Source of the DNA: Camelus ferus
Taxonomy: Eukaryota
DNA: 64,000 nucleotides
Reading direction: 5' to 3'
Assembly (NCBI RefSeq): GCF_009834535.1
Contig: NC_045696.1
Span: forward strand, 59,398,001-59,462,000
The notes below the pieces were generated by a model that ran no database searches, was not told where the DNA came from, and worked only from the letters and a program-made list of their open reading frames with translations. Shown piece after piece: positions 11,363 through 24,900 of this stretch (position 1 is the stretch's first letter; each line of letters begins with the position of its first letter). A program made the translations under genes and the position numbers.

Positions 11363-13309
11363 AGAACTTTGAGGTCTGGGAAGTCCAGTGGAACTGGGGC
11401 TCAGAGGGTGGTGGAGACACTGTATGGTGCAGGCCATCCTTCATAGCAGGGAGAACAATGGCTTTCCTTGACTTCAGCTGGCTGAGCTCTGGGTCACTCC
11501 AGTGTCTTGGCAGTCCCCATGTACGACTGGAGCCTTGGATCTTTTCTCTTTTAACAGATATTGCTAGTTTTCAGAACTTTTCTCTTCCTGGAGAAGAATC
11601 CTTGGGGAATAACAGGAATTTAAAATGCCATCCTCATCAAAAAACACTTAGCGTCCTGGTGTATGGAGGCTCTGCTGGGTCTGCACAGGTTGATGCATGT
11701 GATTTCTGTTCTCCGGAAGCTCCTGGTGGGAGGGGAGAAGGGTTGAGCTGCCCTTGGGAACTCCAGATGTGAGGGAGAGTATCTCACATAAGCAGGTGAT
11801 AGACTTGGGAATGTTTACTTTTTGAGAATATTTAAATTTTAGGGACATGTGAATTAGTTTAGCATACATTAAATCCATAAACACAGCCAAAGGAGAAGTC
11901 CAGTGATGTGGCTCCCATATCAGGAAGAAGCGGCTTTGATTTGGGCTGGCTTGTCTTCTCTAGTTAGACTTGGGCTTTGGAGCTGTGACTAGGAGCTGCT
12001 GGAAATGAGGATCATCCACTCAGCAGGCTCGGGCCACGCAGGCATCTTCTGCCACACTTCCGCTCTCACTCCCTCCCCACTGCCTCCCTCCCTTCACCGG
12101 CAGGGGAAAAAGAAAACACGGTGTCTTCAGAGCTGGCTCAAGTTGAAGTGTGAAATCCCATGTGCTCAGTGTACTTCATTTACATGGAAGTTATTTAGAA
12201 AATTTAAATTAGAAAGAAGCCAGCATGAAGATCTAGAATTTTCTCTGTGTAGCAGCCACTCCATCCTATTCCATTAATGAGAGTTTGGGTAACCTAATTT
12301 TCTTTGAACCCTCCCACCGTCTCCTGGTCTCTCTACTTTTTTTCAGACCACGTTCTCACAGACCCATCCACCCTTCCCCTCTTCCCAAGCCTGCCCCCTC
12401 CACTTGTGCTATTTGTTTGTCTCTCCTGTGATTCTCTGAAAACAGATACATTTTGCTTTATCATTGTCTCTTCAAGACACGCCTGTCTTCCTCTCTGGTA
12501 AGAGAGTGAAGTGCACCACCCTTAATTCCTGAGACTCTTCTGGAGTCCTGGAACTCCCTGTGCTGCTGCGGTCCTGGGTGGCTGTCCTGCAGCTCCTGGC
12601 TGGCCCCGGCTCGTTCCTAGTGTGCCGTGCCAGCTGGCAGGCTGGGTCAGCAGCACTCTCCACTCTTAGCTTTTCTTGTTTCCTATACTCCCTGACATGT
12701 TCTGGTGGCAGCTCGAGTTGCATTAATGTTTTATATATGGTGCCCCAGGAACCTTGGTTGCATTACTTAGGGGAAGTTTCCCATCCTCCCTTCTCCTCAC
12801 TGCAGGCTCTGGGGCTGGAAAGATCATTTTATTTCCCAGAAACTTGGTGTTATCTGTCATCAAGTCTCCAAGTTAGCAGAAGCTCAGTGCAGCAGTTTGG
12901 GGGTGCCAGCCATCTCCCTGACCTGGGAGGGAGGGACAGCTCCCGGGGACAGCAACAGGCTGGCTCGTTATCCCTGAGCTGTCTGAAGCTTCAGATTAAT
13001 CCATTCTCCTGGACTCTTCATTAGAGCCCTCTGGCCAAGACAGGTTCCTTTTGATTGTGCCCATTTGTCAGGACTAGAAATGAAGACCAAGGGAAGTCTT
13101 GTAGTGAGTTGAGGGCAGAGTCAAGTAAAGCTGCTTTCTTGGTTTTTGACCAAGTGCAGTGATGAGCCTCCTCTGTCATCCTCAGAAGATACTGGGAGCC
13201 CGCGATAGGCTGCTGCAGAAGGAGGTTGGAGGCACCCAGGCAGCAGCTCCTGCAGCTTTATATGCTGTGGCATGGGACAGTGTTCCCAAAGCAGGGTGAA
13301 AAAGAGAAC

Positions 13310-13480
13310 GTAATAATAGAGTAATAACTAACAATGACCTCCTCTGTGCCAGGAACTACGAGAGGTGCTTTCCAGTCTCCAGCTGCCTAGCAATTTCGGC
13401 GTGAATCTCCCTATTTCACAGATGAGGATTCTGAAGCTCAGTGACACTGTCACCCTCCAGACATAGCAAACAAGTGGCAG
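13310..13480 (-). mobile_element. MIR
   Basis: ctctgtgccaggaact...cctatttcacagatgaggattctgaagctcag. Confidence 0.65.
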
Positions 13481-14596
13481 TTAGTCTTCCTCCCTTATAT
13501 TCAGCATCCTGCTAGATCTGGGTATAACCTCTTCAAAAACTGGAATCTCCTTCAGACCCTCTGTCTTCAGTGTTTTTCTCTTCCTGGCTGTACCTGGGTT
13601 AGTTGGTCAACCTTACTGAGGTTTCTACTTAGGATTCTTTAATCCTTTAATAATAATTATTGTTTTGATGTTAAGCTTTTGTGAGTCTTTCAATTCAGTT
13701 CTGGCAAACACACAGTTTCTTACACTCACTGAATATAAATCTAAATATAGACACGAGAGTCTGTATTAAAAAAATTTTTTTTTCAACCAAATCTGATAAG
13801 AAGCCAGGTTTGGGAACAACTGCTCTAGGCCACAAATAAAAGCACCGATTTCCTTATTTTTCACATGGGGATTATTTTCCACATGGGGAGTGTTTGTTTA
13901 AAAAGAAAAAAGTGATGCAGGGTGACTGCCCTTAACCACTCTGCAAGCGTCTAGCCTCCTTTCCCCAGATGTCAGATGGGCGCATGCTTGTCTAATTAAG
14001 ATGCACTTTGATTACAGAAGGTAAACCGTGTGCAGTTGATCAAAGAAAATATTCCAGTCATTTCTCTTTGGCTTTGGAAAGCATCATGTGATTTTATCTT
14101 CTGCTTTGGATTATCTGTGCTACTGCATTAATGTGCTAACTGCAGGTTTGGGGGGAGTTTTTAAATTATTTTTTTAAATAATCCTTGTTTCAGAAGTTAC
14201 CTCAAAGGGGCTTATGATGCCTCCCTAATCCCTTAGTTCAAAACTAAATCTCTAAGATCTTTCTTTCCACAGCTGTTCTCTCCATTGCCCCAGAGTTTAA
14301 CTGCCACCTCTCCTAAAATAGTGTCGTGCTTTCTAACTGTTTCCTACCAGTTTATAAGGAGAGCTCTTTATGGAATTGTCAGAAAGCCTGAGCCATGTTG
14401 AGAGACCCATACATCTTCCTTCATTCCTTTGTGTCTTTCTAACATTTGCCTTTGCTTTTGTTAACTTTTTGTTTGCGAAGTCTGCCATCAGGTGCTTTTT
14501 CCTTCTAATTCTTATTCCTGAAATTTCAATAGAGGCAACGGTGTTGTCTTGCCATACTGGTCCAAATAGAAAGGTGTAGTTAGTGATGGGAAATGC

Positions 14597-14780
14597 TTCC
14601 AAGGGGGAGTGAAAGCCCTGATTGTAGCATTTGTAGCATTTGCTGATTTCCATTGTGTAAATACTCCATCTATCTGTGGCAGATTTCACGCTACCAACCT
14701 GTTTAACAACCAGCTGGCAAAAACTGACGATTACTCTTGGCTCTTGGGAACCAGAACAGCAGGCTTCAGCACACCGCCAG
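14597..14780 (-). mobile_element. MER63-like hAT-Blackjack MITE
   Basis: aaagccctgattgtagcatttgctgatttccattgtgtaaatactcc...gctaccaac...tttaacaaccagct...ggcttcagcacacc. Confidence 0.75.
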
Positions 14781-14849
14781 GTGTATTTAGCTGGTGAAGG
14801 AAGCATCCTCGTCAGCATAGGTCTTAAATAAATGAAAATCGTTCTTACA

Positions 14850-15050
14850 GTCCAGGTTACCAGTTATGTGACCTTGGCTAAACCGTTCGATTTCTGTGAG
14901 TCTCAGTTTCCACATCTGTGAAATGACATAATGAGATCTATCTCAGGAAAGAATATGAGAGGATTTAATGAGGTGATTACTATAATTATAATTATACATA
15001 TATAATGTTATATATTGGGTCTGGCATATGTTAGGTGTGAAGCTAATGAT
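14850..15050 (+). mobile_element. MIR
   Basis: ttaccagttatgtgaccttggct...ctgtgagtctcagtttccacatctgtgaaatg. Confidence 0.75.
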
Positions 15051-15579
15051 TATTCCCCCCTCTGGCAGGATGGAGACATGACGTTGGGAACAGAGGAAGA
15101 TTTGAACTTTGCATCTAAGTGGAAACACTTGCTGGTGGTTGGCAATGCAGCTGGAGCTAGGCTGGGTGAAACAAGCCCAAGAATTTAGATTTGGGAGTCA
15201 GAACAATAATTTATGTTAAGATTGATCTCAGAAATTTACCTGGTACTGTCACCTGTGTTTGTCAGAGGCACAGGAATGGATAATCTTTCAGAAAGGAGAA
15301 TGGAGAGCCTGGCTAACTACTAAGTCCTAAATAGTTCTCAGTCCTCCCAGGTTTCCCTTTTTCTGTGTTTATTGTTCTCCTCTTTGAAGTTCTCCCACAG
15401 TTTTTGTACCCACATCCCTGACATATCCTTATTGTTTTTGAAGGAGACCTGTCCACCCTTAACACATTACCACTAGACTTAAGATTCTGGAATAGAGATA
15501 GAAAGTAATTTCTTCAGTCTGCACAGTTTACCATCATGATATTTCACTCAAAATTATGTCAACAACGTCGGTGCTCTCT

Positions 15580-15950
15580 GCTAACTGATCAGCATAGATT
15601 GACTACAGTAATAACCTGCAAATATCGGGGGTAATGTAATAGAAACTTATTTCTTGCTCACATCACAGTCCATTCCAGATGTTCCACTTCTGCTGAGTGA
15701 TTGCCATACCTTGGAGTCCTCTAATAGACTCTCTGCTTCCAGCCTTCAGAAGAGGGAAAGAGAGAGTGGAGGACACACATGGGGGACGATTTTGTGGGCC
15801 GGTCTTTGACATGGCATATAACACTTCTGCCCGCATTTCATTGCCTAGAGCTCAGTCACGTGACTGCTCTGAACTGCAAGGGAGGCAGGGAAATTTAAGG
15901 ATTGTGTCATTCAGAGAAGAGCGGCTTGGTGAGCATCCAGCCAGTCTCTA
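15580..15950 (-). mobile_element. MaLR LTR (MLT1K-like)
   Basis: aaacttatttcttgctcacatcacagtcca...acacttctgcccgcatttcattgcctagagctcagtcacgtgac...aactgcaagggaggcagggaaat. Confidence 0.75.
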
Positions 15951-17069
15951 GACCATCCTTAATGTGGCTTGATGGAAACAATTTTCACCATGGATATAGG
16001 ACAACCTAGGGTACCATAGAGGACTTCTGGGGTTTTCTGGGTGGTGTGGCACACTGAGAAGTACAGCTCCATCTCCACAGTCAGAGATTTCATCTAAGTT
16101 GGATTTATAGTTGCTGGATTTACTGTATTACATGAGTTCCCGAACTTTCTAGGACTGAAGTGTTTTGCTGACTGTACCAGCTGGTTTCAAGTCAACACTT
16201 GAAGCTGATAATAATATTTGCTGTTGTGTTTATAATTACCATGTCATTAACAGTCAGTGGGGTGGAGAGTTTCTTGGGACTCGTCATTTTAATTTAGCCA
16301 GTTGTTATTGTTGACTGAAATGCTTCAGACAGTCTTTTATGGGTTGTTTTACTCTCTTGCTTACATGAAGAAAACTGACTTCCCACTTCAAATCAAGATT
16401 GGCATTGGCAATTCTGAAAGGATTGGTAGTGTCTGGCTGAGAGCTCAGGGACTGTGAGGCTAGCCTGGAAGAGGCAAACAGTCAGCAGTGAAATAGGTGG
16501 GATCCAGTGGAGCATCACAAAAGAAAGTTTTCTCCAGGCTAGCATCACCATCCACCATCCAAGATGCGGGAGGGAGACACTTGGGGAGTCCTGGAAGAGA
16601 ATGTCACCAGAGTCCACAAGTGGTGAGAGGCCTTCGGGGTCCAGGGAGCCTGTGGTCCTACACTGGGGCCATCAGTCCATTCCTGGCAGGCCCCCAGACT
16701 GTGACTTGGGAGCACAGGGATTAAGACAGGATTAAGACACTTCCTTCCAGCCTGCACCAGGAGGGGGGGCCCGGCAAGGGATGAGCAAGGCCCTAATCAC
16801 TCAGGTGGAGTGTCAGAGCATGATGCTAGCTGCAGGGTACTAACTACCCCACATGCGAGGGAAGTGAGGCACAAGCTCAGCAGTCTGGCTGTCCTCTGAC
16901 TCCACAGAAACTTGGGCCCTGGAGGCCCATCCCAGACACATCAAACTGTGTGTCTGGGGCTGCACCAAAAATGATGGCTAGATCCCAACCCTAGAGGGAC
17001 TGATGCTCCCAATGTGCCTTGATCCTGGGTACTCGGGCACTAGAGGAGAGATCCATATGGTATGAGACT

Positions 17070-17290
17070 TTGTGTACAGGCTTTGGAATGGAATAGACCT
17101 GAGTTCACATCCTGCTTTCATCCTTTCCTAACCCTATAACTTTGGATAAATTATTTGATTTTTCTAATCTTTAGTTTTCATCCATCAAATGTGGAAATAA
17201 TATATAGCCCATAGGGTAGTTATGAGACTTTAACAACATCAGGTATGAAAGGCACTAAGGGAGTCAGCCCCTAGGTAGTAACCTTTAATC
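17070..17290 (+). mobile_element. MIR
   Basis: caggctttggaatggaatagacctgagttcacatcctgctt...actttggataaattattt...gcccatagggtagttatgaga. Confidence 0.75.
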
Positions 17291-18839
17291 AGTGGTAGCA
17301 AACATTTACTGCAAAGTCCCACAAAAGCGGCAGAAACAAAATAACAGCTGGGCAGGGCTTGCAAAGTCAGGAGCTGAAATTTGGGCTCTTGTGCTGCTTG
17401 GTTTACAAAAGCCATGTTTTGTGAGGTACACTATGACCAAGCAGGGCGGAGGTGCCTTGGTGATGCTTGCTGATTTCACTAGCTGGGCTTCCACAGGGTG
17501 GCAACTGTGGGGTTGTGCACGTGCCTTCCCCCTCTGTTAGGTGTCTTTAAAATGGAAATAGGACTGTTAAGTCAGCCCACACCCAAGCCACTCAAGCTCC
17601 TTTGGCATTTTCTTCTTCCCAGCTTGAGGGCCCACTGTAGCTCCTGGCCGCCTGCGGCATAATTATCACCCATTGTCTTCTAACACAGATCTAACTAGGA
17701 GCACAGAGATCCCCAAGAAGGTAGGAAGGGGCTTTTCTTTTACTGGCACTCAGCTCCCAATGGTTGGAAGTTTGAATGTAAATTGCTTTGACCTTGAGCT
17801 TCAAGTGGCTGTGAAGCCTTGAGGGCTGCCCACGCCTTGGAAAAGGCTGGCCTTCACTTTAAGACAAGCAGTGTGAATTAGGAAAGGTAAAGGACTTCTT
17901 CAGGGAGCTTGATGTTTAAAGTACTTATACAGAAATTTAAAGGGAGGGCAGTTTACTATATTAAAGCCAGCAGGAAGCGAGCTTGGGAACAGTAAAGATA
18001 CAGAAAGGTTTTGGTTTTCTGCTTGGAAAAGCCTGTTTATCGTAAATGGAGATGGAGAAGGGAAGAAGGGTCAAACTGTCATCCTGCTTCCACTGTCTCC
18101 AGTCAAGAGGGTGTACTTCAGATTGGAAAAAGCAAAACAGATTATCCATTTAAGAACTGATGGCCAAGAAAGGTGAGGGCATAGTGGAAGTACCAAGATA
18201 CTGCAGCAGTCATAGCCAAAATAACCACCATCAGTTGTCCGCCGACTCTGTGCCAGTGGGACTTTGGAGACATTGCCTCTGTATGAGGTTGGTGTAGGAG
18301 TCTCATCTTGCATATGAATCCACAAAGCACAGAGAAATTAAGCGTGCTGGGTTCCTAGAGCTAGGAGGCCCCAGACCCCACTGCTCTGTCCCCCTTCCCC
18401 ACACTGCTTTGAGAATGCTCAGTATCTCAGTCCTGAAGGAATTGCATTAAATGCTAAAGGAACTTGCCTGTGTCATCACCAAGAAATCAATGTGTAAAGA
18501 GAGGAAATGCCTAGAACTTGAAAAAATGCAAATTAGCAGATTCAGGAAACCATAGACTTGAGAAGCTGATCTTATTACCTGGCAAAATTCTAGAATCCTA
18601 ACTTTTGCACTAACTGGCTGTATAAGCTTGTGCAAATGACATAACTCCCCTGGGCTTTAGTTTCTTTGTCTGTAAAGTATGTGTTTATGTAACATTATCT
18701 TTAAGGTTCCTCGTAGTTCAAAGTGTTTTACCCTAGTAAGTTCCTTTAATATATTCTGACAATTTTAGTGTTTCAGCTCTAACTCCATCCAAAAGTGCAT
18801 TTCCCCTTTTCATCAAATGCTCCAGCCTTTCTTCAAAGG

Positions 18840-19090
18840 GTAAAAGGTTAAGAGGATGGAGTTTGGAATGAAATAGTTACAGGCTCAAATCTTACTTCTA
18901 CCGACTAGTTAGATGACCTCAAGCAAATCATGTAAAGCCTCTGTGCCTCAGTTTCCTTTCTGTAAAATGCTGCTCTTTTACACATCTCTATTTCTATTTC
19001 ACTGAGTTGTTTGAGTTTTAAGTGAAATAATACATGTAAAACACTTAGTTTAATGCCTAGAATATAACGAGTACCCAGTAAATGCTAGTT
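18840..19090 (+). mobile_element. MIR (near full length)
   Basis: ggttaagaggatggagtttggaa...cctctgtgcctcagtttcctttctgtaaaatg...aagtgaaataatacatgtaaaacacttag. Confidence 0.8.
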
Positions 19091-19949
19091 CCCATATTTC
19101 ATTGATTCTGAGATTCCCTTTTCCCCTCACATTCTGCCATCTCTGAAATGAGGATGCATCTTACAGTTTATATGTATGTAGTAGTTTAACTGCAACAGTT
19201 TTTTCTTGATGGTACATAAACTAATATTATAATTAATTAAATATGGTGTTTTCCCAGCATGATTCTTGAGGTTCTCACTTCCCCTCTGGGATGCCCCCTT
19301 CTCTAGCTTCTTGCCAGCCATTATCTCTCTACAGCAAACTAGAATTAGGCAGTGGAACAGCCGGGTAGGGGACAGCCTCAGGCATCATCTTGCCTGGCTT
19401 GTTCATTTTACTAGTGTTGAAATGAAGGCCAGAAAGGGGAAGAGATTTTGAAAAAGCCACAAGGTGAACTCAGGTCTTCAGATTCCTAGTCCAGTGTTCT
19501 TTCCCACGTCAGGAACATTATTAGCATGAAACAGTAGCACAATTGTGACTCAGTTGCTCTTTACATACCTGGGCCCAAGTTAGATCGGGGACACTTCCAA
19601 ATCCACATTTGGATTTTGATGGAAAGATTTTAATCCTAGAAACCCCAAAGCTGAACAATGATTAGATTGTTGACTACTATTCCCATTTGCACAAACACAA
19701 AATCATAAAATTTTAGAGTGGAAGGCAAGATTTTTTTCCATGGGAGCTATAATGTCCTCACCTTTGCCTCAATTTGCAAGGCATGCTTTCTGTAGGCAGC
19801 TTATTTCCTCCTGGTTATTTTGTCTACAATTTCAGGAGCTGATAGCATGTGGGTGATTGTGTCTTAAATTGTGATTTGTTTCTGCAGTTTGGCTGCTTCC
19901 AGGTTTGTATAGCTAAACCCAGTGACAAATCAGTCACATAGTCCAGGCA

Positions 19950-20130
19950 CTTCATTAATTCATTCATTCACTCCATCACCTAGCACTTACTGGACTCCTG
20001 TTACCTGCCAGTCACAGGATACACACATAATCTCAGTTAATTCTCACAACAGCCTTATGAGGTTGGTGTTACATGTTGCAGATGGGAAAACTAAGGCACA
20101 GTGATGCTAAGTAACATTTTGGGGAGTTGG
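19950..20130 (-). mobile_element. MIR/L2 tail fragment
   Basis: cattcattcactcc...taattctcacaacagccttatgaggttgg...gcagatgggaaaactaaggcacag. Confidence 0.7.
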
Positions 20131-21367
20131 ACTTTGATGAATCCTCCATGTGAAAATGGGGCTAGGGTACTCCAAAGCAAAAGAGAACTCTGTTGTTGTA
20201 AGAAAAATGTCTTAAAATTGAAACTGCAAAATGAATTACTATACACTATAAGATGTAAACTAATTAAAAAATACACTCATAACCTATAGAAAAGAAATGG
20301 AATGTTCACTGAGTATCTTATTTGCTCTAAATATTAATTGCATCAATCACCTTAACTGAGCCAGCAGAACTCAGGGTAGCTCTATTTCTCACCTCATGTA
20401 TAGTTAGAACTTCAGGTGTTGAAAATATCCAGGGAGGCCTGACTTTTTCCTGGCCTCTATAAGCAGCTAATCTCTCTCCCCTTTGGTCTCATTTTAATGA
20501 ATGAAACTTTACATTAAAAAGAATGTCTTCATTGGAGGTTGTCATCCAGAAATTTCTAAAAATTCACTTTTTTTAAATTGGCAAAATGTTCTTAATCAGG
20601 CTTTTACTCAAAATTTTGAATAGAGCAGAACAAGTCAATCTTGTTTGCAAAGGGGCTTTTTCCTTGATAGAATGTTAACCCAGTCTTTTGAGGGACTCCT
20701 CACCTTGTGTGTTGGACTGTGGGCTTCCACAGCATTGGGCAGGCTGGCTTCTCATTGTAGAAGGCAGCCTGATTTCAGGTATGACCAGTCAGCATTTCAT
20801 TGGCTTGATGGAGGGTGACTGGACGCTACAAAGTGAGCACAGATGCAGGTTCAAATTGCATCCTGAAAATGAGAGGTGAGCGAAGATTTTTTTTTCTCGC
20901 TAGAGAACCTGAGGACTTCCCTTCTCATTTAGACTACTTGGCCTTCTGCACAGCTACCTCCCAAAGTGACCAAGGCTCAAAGGCATCTGTGTGAAGCTTG
21001 GCAATTAGTAACTGAAGACTTGGTACCCACTGGAAAATTTGATCAAGTTTCAAAAATTAATAATCATACTTTTTGAAAAAAGAGGTAAGGAAATGGAAAC
21101 TATGTGTTTCTTCCCTAGACTCATGTGCTTAGATCATTGAAGGCCATCTCTGTGGCTCTCCTGGATGGCTGATTTATGCTTCATGGACTCTGGGTCCTTG
21201 CTGGCTGAGCCCCTCACTGGTTGTATCTTGGGCTGTTCTTTCACTCATTCAGTCATTTGTTGTGGGTTATGGAGAACATTCTAAGTACATTCCAAGGGAG
21301 CTTTTGATACAGACTCTGCCCATAGGGAACTTAACCATTTGTAGGATAGCTATCCACCTAAATGATT

Positions 21368-21541
21368 AGCACTGTCAATAGAACTTTTCTGCAATGATGG
21401 GAAAGTTTTCTGTGTTTTCCAATACGATAGCTGTTAGCTACTTCAAATGTGACTGAGGAGCTGAATTTTTTATTTTGTTTAATTAATTGAAATTTAAGTA
21501 ACCTCATGTAACTGGTAGTTACTGTGTTGGATAGCAAAGCT
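21368..21541. mobile_element. MER3 (hAT-Charlie MITE)
   Basis: agcactgtcaatagaacttttctgcaatgatgg...gtgactgaggagctgaattttt...catgtaactggtagttactgtgttggatagca. Confidence 0.8.
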
Positions 21542-22589
21542 ATAATTATCATCTTCTCATCCTTGCATTTTCATATGAATGTGTCTGTAATGGCGGTATT
21601 CTTCAAGCCATGTGATACGGAGCAGAGAATGCTTGAATTGGGTTTCTAGTCTCATCATGGGACCTTGGGTACCTTCCTCTCACTGGGTTCAGTTTCCCTC
21701 CCTGTAATTGAAGGACTAGCAGTCTGTAAGGACTTTCTAACTCTGGCATTCTACTTGGTTCTTCTTGGTTCTGGCCCCTGATGGGCTCTCTAGGAAAGAG
21801 GCTTCCTTTGTCACAGACCAGTGCTCTAAGGAAAAGGAAGATTGTTGCCTCTGTTCAACTCACCAGCATGGGCTGTTTGCAGAGCCACTGGGCACACTCA
21901 AGAGTTCTTTCTGAATGAGGGTCATGGGAGAGGGAGGTGAGAGGAAGTGATGCTTGATGCTTTACTCTGGGAGGCTGGGGAATATGTGAAGGGTGGAGGC
22001 CCTGGCCCCGTTCCTGGGATGGTGACCTACCTCTTTATGCATTCTCGAGGCTTAAAGGATAATATTCAGTTGTCAGAAGGGAAGGAGGTTGGAAGAGGTG
22101 ATGAGACTCTCCTGGGGCTGGCATTTCATGAAGAACTGAGAGTGTCTCCCAGGTTTTGGTCTCAATGGGTATGCTGAGACAATTGCACATGTAGGAATTC
22201 AGGGATGTGCCTTTGGTTATTTTGACACAGTCCTCGTCCCACGTTGGGAATCATGTTCCCTGTGTTCCCCGAATGGGAATGGGAACATAGCCACACAGTC
22301 ACCCCGCATCTAGTCCCATACTTGCCCTGCATACTAATGTCTGCCTGGAGTTCAGGGTTACAATTAGCACATTAATGTGCTGTACACCAGAGAAGTACAG
22401 GTAGACAGGGGATGAGCCAGGCTTTCTCTGATCATGGTTACCAAACCAGGGGGCTGCCTCTCTTCTGAGGCTGATGGTGATGGTTGCAGTGATGGGAGGG
22501 CTTTAGCTAGTGCCTAAAAGCATAGCCATGCTTCAAGACCAGAAAGGCTTAAAATCTGTAATTTCTTCCACACAAAGGCTGCAATACAG

Positions 22590-22800
22590 GCATGATAGCT
22601 AATACTTTACTTTTGTATGGGGCTTTGCAGTTTGGCAACTGCTTTATCTTGAATTTATTTAATCCTTACTAGGGTAATATTGAAATGTCCTTTTGAGGAA
22701 ATTGAGTACAGAGAGGATGAGGAACCTCCTCAAAGTTGCTAAGTTGATGTTATGAGTTGAACCCAGATCATCTGACAACAAGCCTGGTTTTCTTTCTGCC
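22590..22800 (-). mobile_element. MIR (MIRb/c-like)
   Basis: atagctaatacttt...gaggaaattgagtacagagagg...gaacccagatcatctgac. Confidence 0.65.
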
Positions 22801-23479
22801 ACCTCGTGGGGCCTAGGAGCTCTGTGAATGGCACAGTCAAGGAGTGCTGGGAGAGGACGTGTCATTAGGAGGTCCTTGTCATGTAGTGAATGAGGATTCC
22901 TGCAGACATCTGGCAAGAATATAGAGCACAATAAGATGTCAGGCTGGGGGTGATGGATTCAATCTCACCAACGTGCTGTTGGAGGGAAGCTGCTGGTTGC
23001 CTTCTCCCAAGCCTGTGGGCCTTTACTTCTTATGTGTGAGCCTACAATGGGACAGGGGCAGGAACCTCAGTCCCAGCTCTAGGAAGTGGCAGTGACACGA
23101 GTGGGGAGGATTCCCAATGAGGATGCTGCCTGCTTTCCTCTTCTGTGGCACTTCTCACTGAACAGCATGGGGCCACTGCTGGGTGTTAGAAATCTCATGG
23201 CTCTCATGCCTGGTCTGGGGAGGCTTCCTGGAGGAAGGGGGCCTGACAGCACAGGTCAGATCCTTTTGGGGCTTTGCTTCCTTTTCTGGGGGTTAATTCC
23301 AAGGAGCAAATTACAGAACATGCAAATAAAATGAAGGAGAGACATTGATCTCTCAGTCTCCATGCTCTTTATCTAAGAGGCAGAGGACTGTAAAATCCAG
23401 GCAAGAGGAAACAGAGGTGGTTTATTCCATATTTGAGTTTTGTTTGTTTCTTCGTATGGTCTTCATGTAACTATACAAC

Positions 23480-24900
23480 TTGGAAACTTTAATACCTGTT
23501 CATTGAAGAAATTTTGAAAACTATGGAATAGTATAAAGAAGAAAATGAAATATCTTCGTAATACTCACAACCCGGAAATATATTATATCCATATTTGGGA
23601 TCATAACAAATTTGTATTTCTGAAGGTAAAAAAAAAACAATAGCTTAGCCTCAGCAATTTCATGTGATTCAACCTAACATATGTATAGCGCATGTATCAT
23701 TAGTATCCTATTTCTTACTTTACATATTGTGAGCATTTTTCCATGAAATTATAAATTATTCAAAAATTAAAATTTTAATGGCTGTTTGGTATTCCGTTTA
23801 GAGCTATCTTAATTTTATCTAACTAGTCCCCTTCTGTTGGATATTTAGGCTGTTTGTAGTTTGGGACTACAATAAAAAGTGCTGCTTTGAAACTCCCTGT
23901 CCTCAAATATTTGCCCTCATTTTTCCTTGGTTCCTTAGGTGGACATCCAGAAGGGAAATTGAATTCCTAGATCATCGCTTTATGTGTAGCATCATTGACG
24001 TTCATATTACAGAACTGCCTTCTGGAGCGGGTGCGGCAATTTCACTTGCACTAGCAGGGATATGGGCAGAGAGGGCTAGCACTGAACTCTCGCCAACAGT
24101 AACCATTATAGCCTTTTCAAAGTCTTAGCAAATTTAATAGGATTTTAAAACGTCTCATTGTTTAATTTGTATTTCCTTGATTACTAATTAGGTTGACCCC
24201 TTTTTCTTGTTTATTGCCATTTCTCCTTTTTTTGAAATGTATGTTTATATTCGTTGCCTGTTTTTCAGATAGGGAGTAGTAGTAATCCTTTGTCAGATTT
24301 GTTGTAAATATGTTTCCCACCTTGTCATTTACATTCTAAATTTTGTTTATACTCTGATGTATAGTTTAAAATTTTCCATAGACAAAACCGTAAATATTTT
24401 CCTTTCTTATTTCTTTCAATGCTTTCATGTCTAGAGAGTGCTTTCTCATTCAGGGATCTGTTAAATTCACCCATATTTTCTCTTAAGGTGCTTTTTTTGT
24501 ATGTCATTTTTAAGATTTGTTTTTCTAATCTGTCTAAAATTTATTTTGGTGTATAGTATGAAGTTATGAGGGTTAACTTGATTTTTCTTTGCCAACTGGT
24601 TCATTTTCCAGTGCAATTTATTGAATAATTTGTCTTTTCCCCATTTCTTTAGATTTTTCCTTTATCTTATATTAGGTTCTTAAATATGTCAGATCTTTAT
24701 TAGGTCTATGAATCAGGCTCCATTCATTTGTATGTTAATTCTTGTGTCTGTGCCACCTTTTAATAACTGCAGTTTAAAAATATATATTTTAATATCTAGT
24801 AGGGCAAGCCCAACCTATTATTCATCTTTTTTCCGAAACATGTTTAATTACTTTCATTCATTTATTCCTCCAAATGGAAGTCTAGTTGAAAATCCCTTTG
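23480..24900 (-). mobile_element. Ancient L1ME 3' region (highly diverged, AT-rich)
   Basis: ttgttggatatttaggctgtttgtagtttg, tctcattgtttaatttgtatttccttgattactaat, ttattttggtgtatagtatgaag, aatatctagtagggcaagcccaacct occur in L1 order. Confidence 0.7.

Noticed and set aside
16718..16740. Short tandem duplications (ggattaagaca twice; similar ones near 520, 14624, 30537, 49710 and 53247)
   Set aside because: These are two-copy 9-20 bp slippage duplications, common in neutral intron DNA, with no array or spacer structure.
22366..22381. Perfect 16-bp palindrome AGCACATTAATGTGCT
   Set aside because: About one such palindrome is expected by chance in 64 kb (64000/4^8), and nothing else supports a function.
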